Of a stretch of 62,534 bases of DNA, positions 38,693 to 47,933 are shown in pieces. The DNA lies in assembly GCA_013333625.2 (NCBI GenBank), contig JABCOL020000001.1, positions 1 to 62,534 on the forward strand, in the 5' to 3' direction. How positions within the stretch are numbered: position 1 is the stretch's first letter; every line of letters begins with the position of its first letter. Origin of the DNA: Candidatus Saccharimonadota bacterium. GTDB lineage: Bacteria; Patescibacteriota; Saccharimonadia; Saccharimonadales; Saccharimonadaceae. The translations under genes and the position numbers were made by a program. Below the pieces are notes generated by a model that saw nothing but the letters and a program-made list of their open reading frames with translations, was not told where the DNA came from and did not search any database.

Positions 38693-39751
38693 TTAGTTAT
38701 TTTTAGTCCATGATTCAAGTTGCTGGAGGAGAATCTTATCACTTTGCGTTTTCGCCGCTTCGTTAGCTTGGTAATCGCCGCCAGTGCGCATACCGTTTAT
38801 AACGGGCGGACCAAAGAACACATGCCCAGCGTCTGGATATATCTCTAGGCGGACTTGACTTTGCTGCGGATAATTCTGCTTGATAGTCTGCGCCATTGAC
38901 GATGACGGCCACACGCTATCTTTACCGCCGGCAAACATCAGTAAATTAGCCTTGACCGGTTTTAGTGAAATAGTTGCTTCAGATTTATTATTTGTTCGCT
39001 GGATAATACTATCGTACATTGGCGCAAATTCCAGCGGGCGACCAACCAGCATATCAATTAAAAAGCTAGCCCAAGTTTCAGGAGATGAATCGTCCAATTT
39101 CAAAAACGGCAATTCTTTATTCTTGTATGTCCAAGACGACTTCTGGTTTGAATAATCATTCGACAAACCTTGCCACGTATAAGCCGACGGCGCATACAAC
39201 ACCAAATTGTCAACATCTTTCGGATAGTACGACGCCAGCAGCAACCCCAGTTCAGCACCTTTGGATTGCCCGACTACCGTCAAAGGTTTCGATTGGCGGG
39301 CGTGCGAAGCGACATATGATTTTATAGGTTCAAAAACTTCTATAGGAACATGCACCAGCTCTTTTTGCAAGTTATTTTTGCCAAAGAAATACATTGCAAA
39401 AACCTCGTAGCCGTTCGTAGACAGCAGAGCTGCCAAGTTTGGATTCACCGACCCCTCGCTACCGCCGAACAGCACGATGGCTCCTTTGTGTTTGATTTGC
39501 TGCGGCTTGAAATGATAACCGCTGGCGTGCTGCTCTTTAATCTCTGATATATCGACGCCAGGTATAGAGCTCTTGGCGATATCGTCGCGGTTCAACCCTT
39601 TGGCGTAGCTGTACTGATCGCGCGTACTTTGCTTCACCTCCTCCAAACGCGCTGTTTCTGTGCCGTTTACCAAACGCAAAATCATTATCGCAGCTGCGGC
39701 TACAACAATAAGTCCTAGCAGACAAACCGCAACTTTTTTCAGTATTTTCAT
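38693..39751 (-). CDS. Membrane-anchored alpha/beta hydrolase (acyl-CoA thioesterase/BAAT C-terminal-like)
   Basis: GGSEG, GQSKGAE, GGKDSVWPS, YPDAGH; N-terminal TM. Confidence 0.85.
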   Translation of the reverse strand: MKILKKVAVCLLGLIVVAAAAIMILRLVNGTETARLEEVKQSTRDQYSYAKGLNRDDIAKSSIPGVDISEIKEQHASGYHFKPQQIKHKGAIVLFGGSEGSVNPNLAALLSTNGYEVFAMYFFGKNNLQKELVHVPIEVFEPIKSYVASHARQSKPLTVVGQSKGAELGLLLASYYPKDVDNLVLYAPSAYTWQGLSNDYSNQKSSWTYKNKELPFLKLDDSSPETWASFLIDMLVGRPLEFAPMYDSIIQRTNNKSEATISLKPVKANLLMFAGGKDSVWPSSSMAQTIKQNYPQQSQVRLEIYPDAGHVFFGPPVINGMRTGGDYQANEAAKTQSDKILLQQLESWTKNN

Positions 39752-39813
39752 AAAATCCCTCCAACTTATCGTCGTCTAATACTACTAGTATAACATTAAT
39801 ATATCTTCTGCAT

Positions 39814-40305
39814 TTGAAAAAGGATTATTCCCTGAATTATAATACGGTTGTGGGTTACGATAATTGCACGAACGCTAATCTTCATCAAATTGCCGCTGTC
39901 ATCTGCGCTAACAATCTCTCTGCTTATCAGCGCATACGCTATCCTGCTATTCCAGATGGCGAGCTGGTGCGTTTTGTCGGCGAAGATTTTTCTAATGTGG
40001 ATTTTGATATGTTTGTCATGGGATTTTTTGTATTTGAGAATTGCACGCTTGATGGCGCAAAGCATATTTACGGGCAGCCGATTTATTTCAAGGATTCGTC
40101 GGTTCGGAATGTGGATTTTTGCGGTGTTAAGGCGATTATTGAAGCCAAACATTGCGATTTTCACGGCATGAAATATGATGATGAGACTGAGTTCGTTTAC
40201 GGTAGCGGCAAATTAGCGGTGCGATCGCGCTTTGTGGATTGTCAGTTTGATGATGAAGCGCGGGAGTTTTTGGCGCGGCAGGGAGTGGAGATTATAGATA
40301 ACTAG
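39814..40305 (+). CDS. Hypothetical protein with pentapeptide-like beta repeats (start uncertain)
   Basis: EDFSNVDF, FENCTLDG, VRNVDFCG, FVDCQFD segments. Confidence 0.6.
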   Translation: MKKDYSLNYNTVVGYDNCTNANLHQIAAVICANNLSAYQRIRYPAIPDGELVRFVGEDFSNVDFDMFVMGFFVFENCTLDGAKHIYGQPIYFKDSSVRNVDFCGVKAIIEAKHCDFHGMKYDDETEFVYGSGKLAVRSRFVDCQFDDEAREFLARQGVEIIDN

Positions 40306-40338
40306 GATATAATGATAAGTTGAAAGACGAAAAAAACC

Positions 40339-40905
40339 ATGACAACCAAACTTCTAGAGATCGAGCACAAAAGACGCTTAACTAGCAACATCGAAGATTT
40401 TATTAAAAAGCTGGAAAAGTTCGGTTTTGAACTGCAGAGTAATCTCCGCGAAATTGATACGTATTATTCTCGTTCTGATGTAGATTTTATGCAGACGGTT
40501 GAATGTTTGCGGATTCGCCAGCGCGATGGTTTTGCTGAGGTGACATATAAGCCTGCGACGACTGCTGCGACACATACAGAGAATGATGTGATCATTAAGC
40601 CCGAGACAAACCTGCCAATTCAACCCGGAGACGCGGCAATCGCCAAACAACTGCTCGCCAACCTAGGCATGGTGCGGCTAGTCGAGGTCAACAAATACCG
40701 TCGCTCGTTCCAGTCCTCTGATTTTCCGCAGGCAACGGTGGCCATAGACGAAATCAAAGATGCTGGCACGTTCGTGGAAGTTGAGGTTTTGTCAGATGAT
40801 GAGACCAGTGCGCTGGCGATGATTAGTGAAATTGAAACCAAACTCGGACTTGAGTCGACAGAAGTTGTCACGCGGCCTTATCGGGATATTTGTATGGGAC
40901 TGTAG
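40339..40905 (+). CDS. CYTH domain protein (class IV adenylate cyclase-like)
   Basis: EIEHK (ExExK), DTYY, LRIR, VTYK, FVEVE. Confidence 0.88.
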   Translation: MTTKLLEIEHKRRLTSNIEDFIKKLEKFGFELQSNLREIDTYYSRSDVDFMQTVECLRIRQRDGFAEVTYKPATTAATHTENDVIIKPETNLPIQPGDAAIAKQLLANLGMVRLVEVNKYRRSFQSSDFPQATVAIDEIKDAGTFVEVEVLSDDETSALAMISEIETKLGLESTEVVTRPYRDICMGL

Positions 40906-41052
40906 CGTCACCTGCCTAGCTGACCAACAAGAAATGATACGTGGACGTTGATTATTTTTATTTCAGTATAGGCAAAAACGAGAGTAAATATACAGTTTGT
41001 TGGTTTAATCTATGTTCTAATAAAAATCTTCTTTGTCAAAAGACGCTAATGG

Positions 41053-41086
41053 TTGACATATTCTATTCTATTCTATTCTATATCAT
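41053..41086 (+). promoter_or_regulatory. Promoter with (TATTC)4 tract in the spacer
   Basis: TTGACA 41053-41058, (TATTC)4 41059-41078, TATCAT 41081-41086. Confidence 0.55.
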
Positions 41087-41134
41087 ACACTCTAGGCTGA
41101 GATGCAGCCATCCTTGAGTAGACAGGAGATGATC

Positions 41135-41344
41135 ATGCCGAACCGGCGCGATCTGAACGACATCGCCAGCTACCTCGTCCCTAACCCTGGCGACGAAGCG
41201 TGGGTTGTCGACCCCAACCAGCCTGAGCACATGCACCACGGCCAGACCTCTGGCGAACCGCACTCCGACGGGTACTACATGTACAACGAGGGCACGCCGA
41301 GCTGGCTGAAGTACCACTCCGACGACAAGGAGGACGAGGAGTGA
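41135..41344 (+). CDS. Small acidic His-rich hypothetical protein, 69 aa (divergent cassette D cargo)
   Basis: AGGAG before ATG 41135; only 8 of 69 codons end in A/T, inside an AT-rich neighbourhood. Confidence 0.75.
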   Translation: MPNRRDLNDIASYLVPNPGDEAWVVDPNQPEHMHHGQTSGEPHSDGYYMYNEGTPSWLKYHSDDKEDEE

Positions 41345-41360
41345 GATAGTCCTCGAGGAT

Positions 41361-41386
41361 GCCCCTCTCCACATCCAGAGAGGGGC
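41361..41386 (+). terminator. GC-rich 3' hairpin after ORF D
   Basis: GCCCCTCTC 41361-41369 pairs GAGAGGGGC 41378-41386; weak U-tract. Confidence 0.55.
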
Positions 41387-41414
41387 CATTCCCTGAATTA
41401 TATATAATATAGTC

Positions 41415-41708
41415 ATGAACTACGATAGATATCTAGAATTACAAACCCGTCTTGAATGGTTTTATGATTTTCATCCAGAGTTTTTTGATGATATTCTGCC
41501 TGAGCAGAAGAAGTTACTACAGGATACATTCCTATACGACACACCTGATGAGAGCTATCCGGAATCATTACAAGATTTTTATGATAAGAACATTGATAAT
41601 CGACCAACGCTTCAGGATGATATGTTTTTGGCAGTGGATGCCTTATATAAAGCAGCAGGGGCTAGTAGTCTGTTTGACGATAATGGATATCGTTCCCTTG
41701 CTGAATAG
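41415..41708 (+). CDS. Hypothetical acidic protein
   Basis: 97-aa ORF; TATAAT 6 nt before ATG; AT-rich codons. Confidence 0.7.
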   Translation: MNYDRYLELQTRLEWFYDFHPEFFDDILPEQKKLLQDTFLYDTPDESYPESLQDFYDKNIDNRPTLQDDMFLAVDALYKAAGASSLFDDNGYRSLAE

Positions 41709-41778
41709 ATTTTACTCTATGAAATCTGTATAGGTTATAAAACTGTATACTTTTCTTGATATAATTTAAGATTATTGT

Positions 41779-41957
41779 ATGAATAATTATCTAGCAAAGA
41801 ATTGAAACAGATACCCGACGAATATCAATTTGCACAACTCATCAAGCCATATATCAATGAACCAGTACGCTTAAGTTTGCCAAGCGACTACACTTTTGTA
41901 TCAGACCCAAAGAATTATTATCGTCATTGTTTGGCAATAGTCAGTCATAAAGAATAG
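41779..41957 (+). pseudogene. Possible frameshifted gene fragment
   Basis: ATG 41779 stops after 8 codons; a 1-nt shift continues about 52 codons (ELKQIPDEY...HKE*). Confidence 0.3.
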
Positions 41958-41979
41958 TTGTCTAACCTGTAGCTTAGAA

Positions 41980-43020
41980 TTAAAACTGCCTCAAAAAATC
42001 CAACTTACCGCTCTCAAAATGCCGCACATCCTCGATGCCGTATTTCATCATCACCAGCCGGTCGATGCCGCAGCCAAAAGCAAAGCCCGTGTATTCGTTC
42101 GGATCGATGTCAGCAGCTTTCAGCACGTTCGGATGAATCATGCCGCAGCCCAGCAACTCAATCCAGCCTTCGCCCGAACAGACTTTACAATCCGGATTTT
42201 TACCTTCGCAGAATGGGCAGCTCAGCGCGAATTCAAAGCTCGGTTCGGTGAACGGGAAATAAAATGGATTGACGCGCACATCCAGTTTCTTACCATAATA
42301 TTCCTGCAAAAATTCTTGCAGCGTCGCGATCAGATTGCCGACATTAACTCCCTTGGCGACATACACACCCTCGACTTGATAGAACGTGTGCTCGTGCCGC
42401 GCGTCCAAATCTTCGTTACGAAACACTCGGTCAGGTACGATGGCGGCGATCGCCTCGCCCTTTTCCAAATTGCCATGATATTTTTTCAGCACGCGGTTTT
42501 GCATGGTCGAGGTGTGCGCCGGCGCAATTAAACGGTCGCCGTTAGCGTCAGTCTCTTCGGTCATGAACGTGTCATAATCATCACGTGCTGGGTGACCCTT
42601 CGGGAAGTTCAAGCTCTCGAACATATGGAATTGATCGTCGATTTCACGCGACTCTTCCGTCACAAAGCTCATACGATTAAAAATGTCAGAAATGCGATCA
42701 ATCTCGGCACTCAGCGGGTGGATCGTACCCTGCTCGCTCGGCAGCAAATCAGGTTGCGGCGCATTGATATCCATCGGTGCCGTCACGTCGATTGGCGGCA
42801 AATCGACTTTATCGAGCTCCTGGCGGCGAACTTCTATGACCACCTCCAACGATTTTTTCAGCTCGTTGACGCGCTTGCCGAAAGCGCCGCGCTCATCGCT
42901 TGGCAAAGTCTTGATGTGGTCGTATAGCGCTTTGATTTCTGGAGCGCGCAATACTTCTTGCGGGTGGTTAGACTGAGCCGCCCGCGCTGATAAAACTTGT
43001 AAAACTTTCTCGAAATCCAT
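41980..43020 (-). CDS. pheS: Phenylalanine--tRNA ligase alpha subunit
   Basis: HPARD, HTSTMQ, FYQVEG, YFPFTEPS, GFAFGCGIDR. Confidence 0.97.
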   Translation of the reverse strand: MDFEKVLQVLSARAAQSNHPQEVLRAPEIKALYDHIKTLPSDERGAFGKRVNELKKSLEVVIEVRRQELDKVDLPPIDVTAPMDINAPQPDLLPSEQGTIHPLSAEIDRISDIFNRMSFVTEESREIDDQFHMFESLNFPKGHPARDDYDTFMTEETDANGDRLIAPAHTSTMQNRVLKKYHGNLEKGEAIAAIVPDRVFRNEDLDARHEHTFYQVEGVYVAKGVNVGNLIATLQEFLQEYYGKKLDVRVNPFYFPFTEPSFEFALSCPFCEGKNPDCKVCSGEGWIELLGCGMIHPNVLKAADIDPNEYTGFAFGCGIDRLVMMKYGIEDVRHFESGKLDFLRQF

Positions 43021-43027
43021 CGCTAAC

Positions 43028-43282
43028 CTACTTATTCACCTGATATACGAATAACACAAATACGCCAACTGCCATCAACACAATAAACACCCAAGCTGGC
43101 GCTAGAGTTGTCGTAGCCTTGGTGCCTTTCAAATATTCTGAGTTCTCGATTAGCTCGCCGCTAACACCCGGAACTGGCTCGCCTTCTTGCTTTGCCTTCT
43201 GCGCTGCTTTTTCACGCAAGTCGGCAGCGATGCGCTGTTGCAGTTCGCTGCGGCTTTCTGTCTGTTCAAAATAACGTCCCAT
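43028..43282 (-). CDS. Small protein with C-terminal TM helix
   Basis: 84-aa ORF; TATAAT 6 nt upstream; hydrophobic C-terminus. Confidence 0.7.
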   Translation of the reverse strand: MGRYFEQTESRSELQQRIAADLREKAAQKAKQEGEPVPGVSGELIENSEYLKGTKATTTLAPAWVFIVLMAVGVFVLFVYQVNK

Positions 43283-43364
43283 ATCATCATTATAACAGAT
43301 GTATACAACCCAAAATATTTTTGTGTTATACTATGTCTATATTTCAGTAAAGGAGGGAATATTC

Positions 43365-44306
43365 ATGGCTACTAAAAAAGCCGCTTCTACCAAGAAGAAG
43401 ACGACCGCCAAGAAAACGGCCGCCAGCAAGACGACTGTTCGTACAGTATCTGCCGAAAAAGTAGAAGCACCAAAGAAGGAAACTGCCGCTGCCAAACCTA
43501 CGACAACCAAACGCAGCAGCGTCAAGCTTCCATCAAATATCATAAATATAATCTTTGCCGAACTAATCGGTACGTTCGTATTGACGCTGGTTGCTTTGAC
43601 CACATTCAAAGACGGCGGCGTTGGCGCGCTAGCTGTCGGCTTCACGCTAGTAATGCTAGTGATGAGCATCGGCGCTGTCTCGGGCTCGCACGTCAACCCA
43701 GCCGTAACGTTTGGTTTGTGGACAATGCGCAAGCTCAAGACAATTCTGTTGCCGTTCTACTGGGGCGCTCAGTTCATCGGCGCTATGCTGGCTGTAATCG
43801 TCACCAACTGGGTTACTGGTGGCTCGATCAACTTCGGCTTTAGCGGATTTAGCAGCATGAACTGGTCGATATTCGGCATTGAGCTGGTCGGCACCGCTAT
43901 CTTCCTATTCGGACTAGCAGCAGTTCTATCGCGCGAAGAATCTTGCAATACTGGCAAGGCGCTCGGCGTTGGCTTGGCACTGGCAGTCGGTATTTTGACA
44001 TCTGGCTATTTGTTATCGACCGCCAAGACGCAGGCAATCGCCGATTACCAAAGCAAAGCAGCATCTTCAGCTTCTAATAAAGTCGAGATTCCTCACGTCG
44101 CTTACGTCAAGGGCGCTAGCCTTAACCCGGCTGTTGCACTAGCAATGACTGATTCGACCGAAAAGGAGCTCACTACTGGTTCAGCTGGCTCTAACGAAGT
44201 TGTCAATTCGCGCTTCTCGCTTGAGTCGCTAGTTGGCGCTTTAGCAGGCGCAGCTGTCGGCGCCAACCTCTACGTGTTGGTTGCTGGCCGGCAAAAGAAA
44301 GACTAA
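43365..44306 (+). CDS. MIP/aquaporin-family channel with Lys/Ala/Thr-rich N-terminus
   Basis: AELIGTF, SGSHVNPAVT, GASLNPA; AAGGAGG before ATG 43365. Confidence 0.88.
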   Translation: MATKKAASTKKKTTAKKTAASKTTVRTVSAEKVEAPKKETAAAKPTTTKRSSVKLPSNIINIIFAELIGTFVLTLVALTTFKDGGVGALAVGFTLVMLVMSIGAVSGSHVNPAVTFGLWTMRKLKTILLPFYWGAQFIGAMLAVIVTNWVTGGSINFGFSGFSSMNWSIFGIELVGTAIFLFGLAAVLSREESCNTGKALGVGLALAVGILTSGYLLSTAKTQAIADYQSKAASSASNKVEIPHVAYVKGASLNPAVALAMTDSTEKELTTGSAGSNEVVNSRFSLESLVGALAGAAVGANLYVLVAGRQKKD

Positions 44307-44323
44307 GCCTAACTTTCTCAACA

Positions 44324-44353
44324 AAAATATCCCGTCTATCGGCGGGATATTTT
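44324..44353. terminator. Bidirectional intrinsic terminator
   Basis: AAAATATCCCGTC-TATC-GGCGGGATATTTT between convergent genes. Confidence 0.8.
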
Positions 44354-44368
44354 GATAGTCAAAAATCT

Positions 44369-45445
44369 TTACTTCTTATCAATAGATGACGGACGATCAA
44401 GCGCCAATACTTCGACGGAAGAATCGCTACCAGCAATCTTCACCACGTCTTTATCAACTTTACCGAGCTCTTTATGAGCGTTGTTATAATGATTGACCGT
44501 CGTGCCGAGACTATTGCCTAGCTTCTGCATGTACTCTTCAAATTTGGCGATATGCTGTCCGAGCTTGCCGACACGAACTTGAATATCCTTAGCCTGCTCC
44601 TCAATCTGCAAACTGCGCAAGCCTTGCAATACCGTTTGCAAATACGCCATAAAACTAGTCGGACTAGTAATAATCACGTGCTTCTCGCGAAAAGCATACT
44701 CAATCAGATCGCGCGAGCTGCCGCCCTGGCCAACGTTATTGATCAGTAAATCATAATACAACGACTCGCTGGGAATAAACATAAATGCGAAATCCATAGT
44801 ATGCTCGCTCGGACGAATATATTTGCTGGTTTCGTCGATGCGCCCTTTCAGATCAGCTTTGACTTTTTGCATTAGCTGCTCGCGCTCTTTGCCGCTAGCT
44901 TCAATCATTCGGTTGTAATTTTCGAGGCTAAATTTGCTATCAACTGGTAGAATCTGACCCTTATCAAGAAAAATCACCGCATCAACCATTTCACCGTCGC
45001 GAAACTTATACTGAGTCTGATACTGCCCTGGCGCCAAAATATTTTCGAGAACACTCGACAAATAGTATTCGCCAAAAACACCGCGCTGCTTGGGGTTTTG
45101 TAGAACATTTTGCAAGGTTTTGAGGTCAGTCGCCACATCAACGACACGCTTGTTGGTCTCGTCGAGCTTGGTCAAGCGCTGCGTGACATCAGCCACCAAT
45201 TTTGAACTTTCACTAAGCTGCTTTTGTACCGATTGCTGAGTTGACAGCTGCGAGCGCTCGAGCTTGTCGCTCATTGTTTGCTGCAAATTAGCGATAGAAC
45301 GCGACAATTCAACAACATCGCCCTTAATCAGCTCTACCGCCGAGTTATTTTGCACTCGCTTCAGCTGCTGCATCAACACAAAAATAACCACGCTAGCCGC
45401 TGCGACGACTATCGCTAAAATTATAAGCAAAACCATTATTTCCAT
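44369..45445 (-). CDS. rmuC: DNA recombination protein RmuC
   Basis: N-terminal TM, coiled coil, RGVFGE, VDSKFS, FAFMFIPSE. Confidence 0.92.
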   Translation of the reverse strand: MEIMVLLIILAIVVAAASVVIFVLMQQLKRVQNNSAVELIKGDVVELSRSIANLQQTMSDKLERSQLSTQQSVQKQLSESSKLVADVTQRLTKLDETNKRVVDVATDLKTLQNVLQNPKQRGVFGEYYLSSVLENILAPGQYQTQYKFRDGEMVDAVIFLDKGQILPVDSKFSLENYNRMIEASGKEREQLMQKVKADLKGRIDETSKYIRPSEHTMDFAFMFIPSESLYYDLLINNVGQGGSSRDLIEYAFREKHVIITSPTSFMAYLQTVLQGLRSLQIEEQAKDIQVRVGKLGQHIAKFEEYMQKLGNSLGTTVNHYNNAHKELGKVDKDVVKIAGSDSSVEVLALDRPSSIDKK

Positions 45446-45481
45446 ATAACTAGCATACCGCAAATAACGGTTCTGCGCCAG

Positions 45482-45988
45482 CTACCCGGCGATAATCAGC
45501 CGAGCCGCTACAATCAGCACAATCGATACAACCAAGTAGAGTATAAACGACCGCAATCGCGCCAGCCAAGTAAACATCGCATATGTCAACGCACCAATCA
45601 CCGTCATCGCCGCCATCGCCCAATACCACGGCAATAGCGCTAAATACGATTGCAGACCCCATAGAGCCGCTATCGAAGCAATAACGATAAATAACGGCCG
45701 GTAAATTCGCGCCTGCGACAACAGTATCAACCCGCCGATTGACACCAAAGTTACCGAAAAAATTGCTACATACAGCGGCGCATTCTGGCATAAATCATTA
45801 TCGCCGCGGCACATCACCGCCGACGCGACCCGGCCAACCAAAATATACAACACCGTTAGTATTGCACCGGCGAACGCTCCATAGATAGCAGCTCGAATGA
45901 TGTCCTTTTTGTCCATCGGAATAAACGGCTCCAGCTTCACCGCTGCAGTCTCGTTTGCGTTGTTCATAGGTTTCTCCACATTAGTCAT
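45482..45988 (-). CDS. Hypothetical integral membrane protein
   Basis: About 5 hydrophobic helices; co-oriented in gene run. Confidence 0.72.
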   Translation of the reverse strand: MTNVEKPMNNANETAAVKLEPFIPMDKKDIIRAAIYGAFAGAILTVLYILVGRVASAVMCRGDNDLCQNAPLYVAIFSVTLVSIGGLILLSQARIYRPLFIVIASIAALWGLQSYLALLPWYWAMAAMTVIGALTYAMFTWLARLRSFILYLVVSIVLIVAARLIIAG

Positions 45989-45997
45989 CTTACTGAG

Positions 45998-46498
45998 TTA
46001 TTTTACTACATTCTTGCGTTTTTTGCTAGATGCAAGCTTAGCATTAGGCCGATCCACGTACCACAACGCCCCCAAGCAAGCCACCGCCATGCCGCCGACA
46101 ACATCAAGCGGCGTATGCACCAGCGCTAATATTCTGCCAACGCCGACTAGCAGCGCCATAGTTAGCATAATTATAGTAATCGAGCGGCGACGCAGTGCAT
46201 ACCAGACCGCCAGCACCAAAAACATCGCAAAAAGCGCGTGATCCGACGGAAATCCCGGATTATTCAGATAAGCCGCCCCTGGGTTAACGCCAAGCAGCTC
46301 AAACGGACGCAACTGTTCAGGCTGATATATTAGCCCAAGGATTTTAGCAGCCACATAAGACGTCAGCCCGGCCATCAGCACGCGAGAATATATTTCATAG
46401 CGGCGCCTAGCTTCAACCTTAAAAAATAACTCATACAAAGCCAGCAATACTAATGGAATCAGCAGCCAGTCGGCGATTATCTTAACCAGCCAAGCCAC
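45998..46498 (-). CDS. PAP2-family phosphatase
   Basis: RP, FPSDH, GRILALVHTPLDV motifs. Confidence 0.88.
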   Translation of the reverse strand: MAWLVKIIADWLLIPLVLLALYELFFKVEARRRYEIYSRVLMAGLTSYVAAKILGLIYQPEQLRPFELLGVNPGAAYLNNPGFPSDHALFAMFLVLAVWYALRRRSITIIMLTMALLVGVGRILALVHTPLDVVGGMAVACLGALWYVDRPNAKLASSKKRKNVVK

Positions 46499-46499
46499 C

Positions 46500-47813
46500 T
46501 TATCGTTGCAGCTCCTCGACTAGTTGCTGGCGGGGAATGGGCTTATTCTCACCGGTTGCCATATCCTTCACTGTCGCGAAACGGCCGCGTACTTCTTCCT
46601 CGCCAATCAAGACTACCAACGGTATACCAAGACGATCAGCATAGCGCAGCTTCTTTTTTAACGGCACCGATTCGGTATTGAGGATTGTCGCCACGCCAGC
46701 TCGCCGCAGCTCGGCAACTATTTGCAGCGCCTCGCCGAATTGTGCATCATCAAAGGCCGCCACCATACAGCGTGCCAACGTCTGGCGATGGCTAGACACG
46801 CCGCCTGCCTCGCGCAGTTTGTAGAATAAGCGCGATAAACCAATCGACACGCCAACTCCCGGCAGACGCGTCCGCGTATAGTTCTCGGCCAAGTTATCGT
46901 AGCGTCCGCCCGAGCAAACACTACCAACTTCTGGATAATCATCAAGCGTCGTTTCGTAGACTACGCCAGTATAATAATCCAGTCCGCGCGCAATCCGTAG
47001 GTCTAACTGAATACGCTGCTCTGGCAAGCCCATGTTTCGCAGCATCGCCAGCAACTCGCGTAATTTTGCCGTGCCAAGCGCGAAATCATCAGAATTGATC
47101 TCGTTTTTCATTGACTCTAGCTGCGATAAAATCTCGTCGTTGCTGCCGCTAATCTCTGTGAAGGCAACAACTTGCAAGACTTGCTTTTCGCTAAGGCCCA
47201 GCTCGCGTAATTCCGCCATAAAATCTTGGCGCGATATTTTCTCGATTTTATCGACTACTCGCAGTACATCCGCCGACACATCGGCCAAACCAATTCCAGC
47301 GAAAAAGCCGTTCAACACCAAGCGATTATTGATGTGAATCGTGAACTCGCCGAAAGCAAACTGCTCAAAAATATCGTTAATTACCGCTGGAAACTCCGCA
47401 TCAGCCGCCACGCTTTCCGAACCAATCACATCAATGTCGCACTGGTAGAATTCGCGGAAACGCCCGGCTTGAGCTCGCTCGGCGCGGTGCACTTTGCCAA
47501 TCTGGTAACGCCGGAACGGAAAAACCAGCTGGCCTTCATGTTCGGCGACATAGCGCGCCAGCGGCACCGTTAGATCAAAACGCAAGCTCAAATCATTCCT
47601 GCCGCGTTCGAACCGATAGATTTGTTTCTCGGTTTCGCCGCCGCCTTTCGCCAACAACACCTCACTCAGCTCAATATCTGGCGTGTCCAGCGGCGCGTAG
47701 CCATAGCGCTCATAAGTTTCGCGAATAATGTCGCGCAAACGATTAAACTCTATTTGGTCGCCTGGCAGGTATTCGCTGAAACCGCTCGGAATACGGGGAG
47801 TAGTTGTCTTCAT
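46500..47813 (-). CDS. hisS: Histidine--tRNA ligase
   Basis: LRFDLTVPLAR, GRFREFYQCD, RGLDYYTG, GGRYD. Confidence 0.97.
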   Translation of the reverse strand: MKTTTPRIPSGFSEYLPGDQIEFNRLRDIIRETYERYGYAPLDTPDIELSEVLLAKGGGETEKQIYRFERGRNDLSLRFDLTVPLARYVAEHEGQLVFPFRRYQIGKVHRAERAQAGRFREFYQCDIDVIGSESVAADAEFPAVINDIFEQFAFGEFTIHINNRLVLNGFFAGIGLADVSADVLRVVDKIEKISRQDFMAELRELGLSEKQVLQVVAFTEISGSNDEILSQLESMKNEINSDDFALGTAKLRELLAMLRNMGLPEQRIQLDLRIARGLDYYTGVVYETTLDDYPEVGSVCSGGRYDNLAENYTRTRLPGVGVSIGLSRLFYKLREAGGVSSHRQTLARCMVAAFDDAQFGEALQIVAELRRAGVATILNTESVPLKKKLRYADRLGIPLVVLIGEEEVRGRFATVKDMATGENKPIPRQQLVEELQR

Positions 47814-47825
47814 ATCATTATTTCT

Positions 47826-47900
47826 TGGCTGGGGTGGAGGGATTCGAACCCCCGCATGCTGGGACCAGAACCCAGTGCCTTACCACTTGGCGACACCCCA
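47826..47900 (-). tRNA. tRNA-Gln (anticodon CTG), CCA encoded
   Basis: TGGGGTG/CACCCCA acceptor stem, CTGGG-TTCTGGT-CCCAG anticodon arm, GTTCGAATC T-loop. Confidence 0.95.
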
Positions 47901-47933
47901 TCGCGCCTACCTTAATATATCACTAGAGCGACG

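Noticed and set aside
39796..40171. Alternative-frame ORFs 39796..40164 (-) and 39848..40171 (+)
   Set aside because: They overlap 39814..40305, which has the more protein-like repeat pattern.
42170..42225. CxxC...CxxC insertion in PheS
   Set aside because: A common variant in bacterial PheS; not novel.
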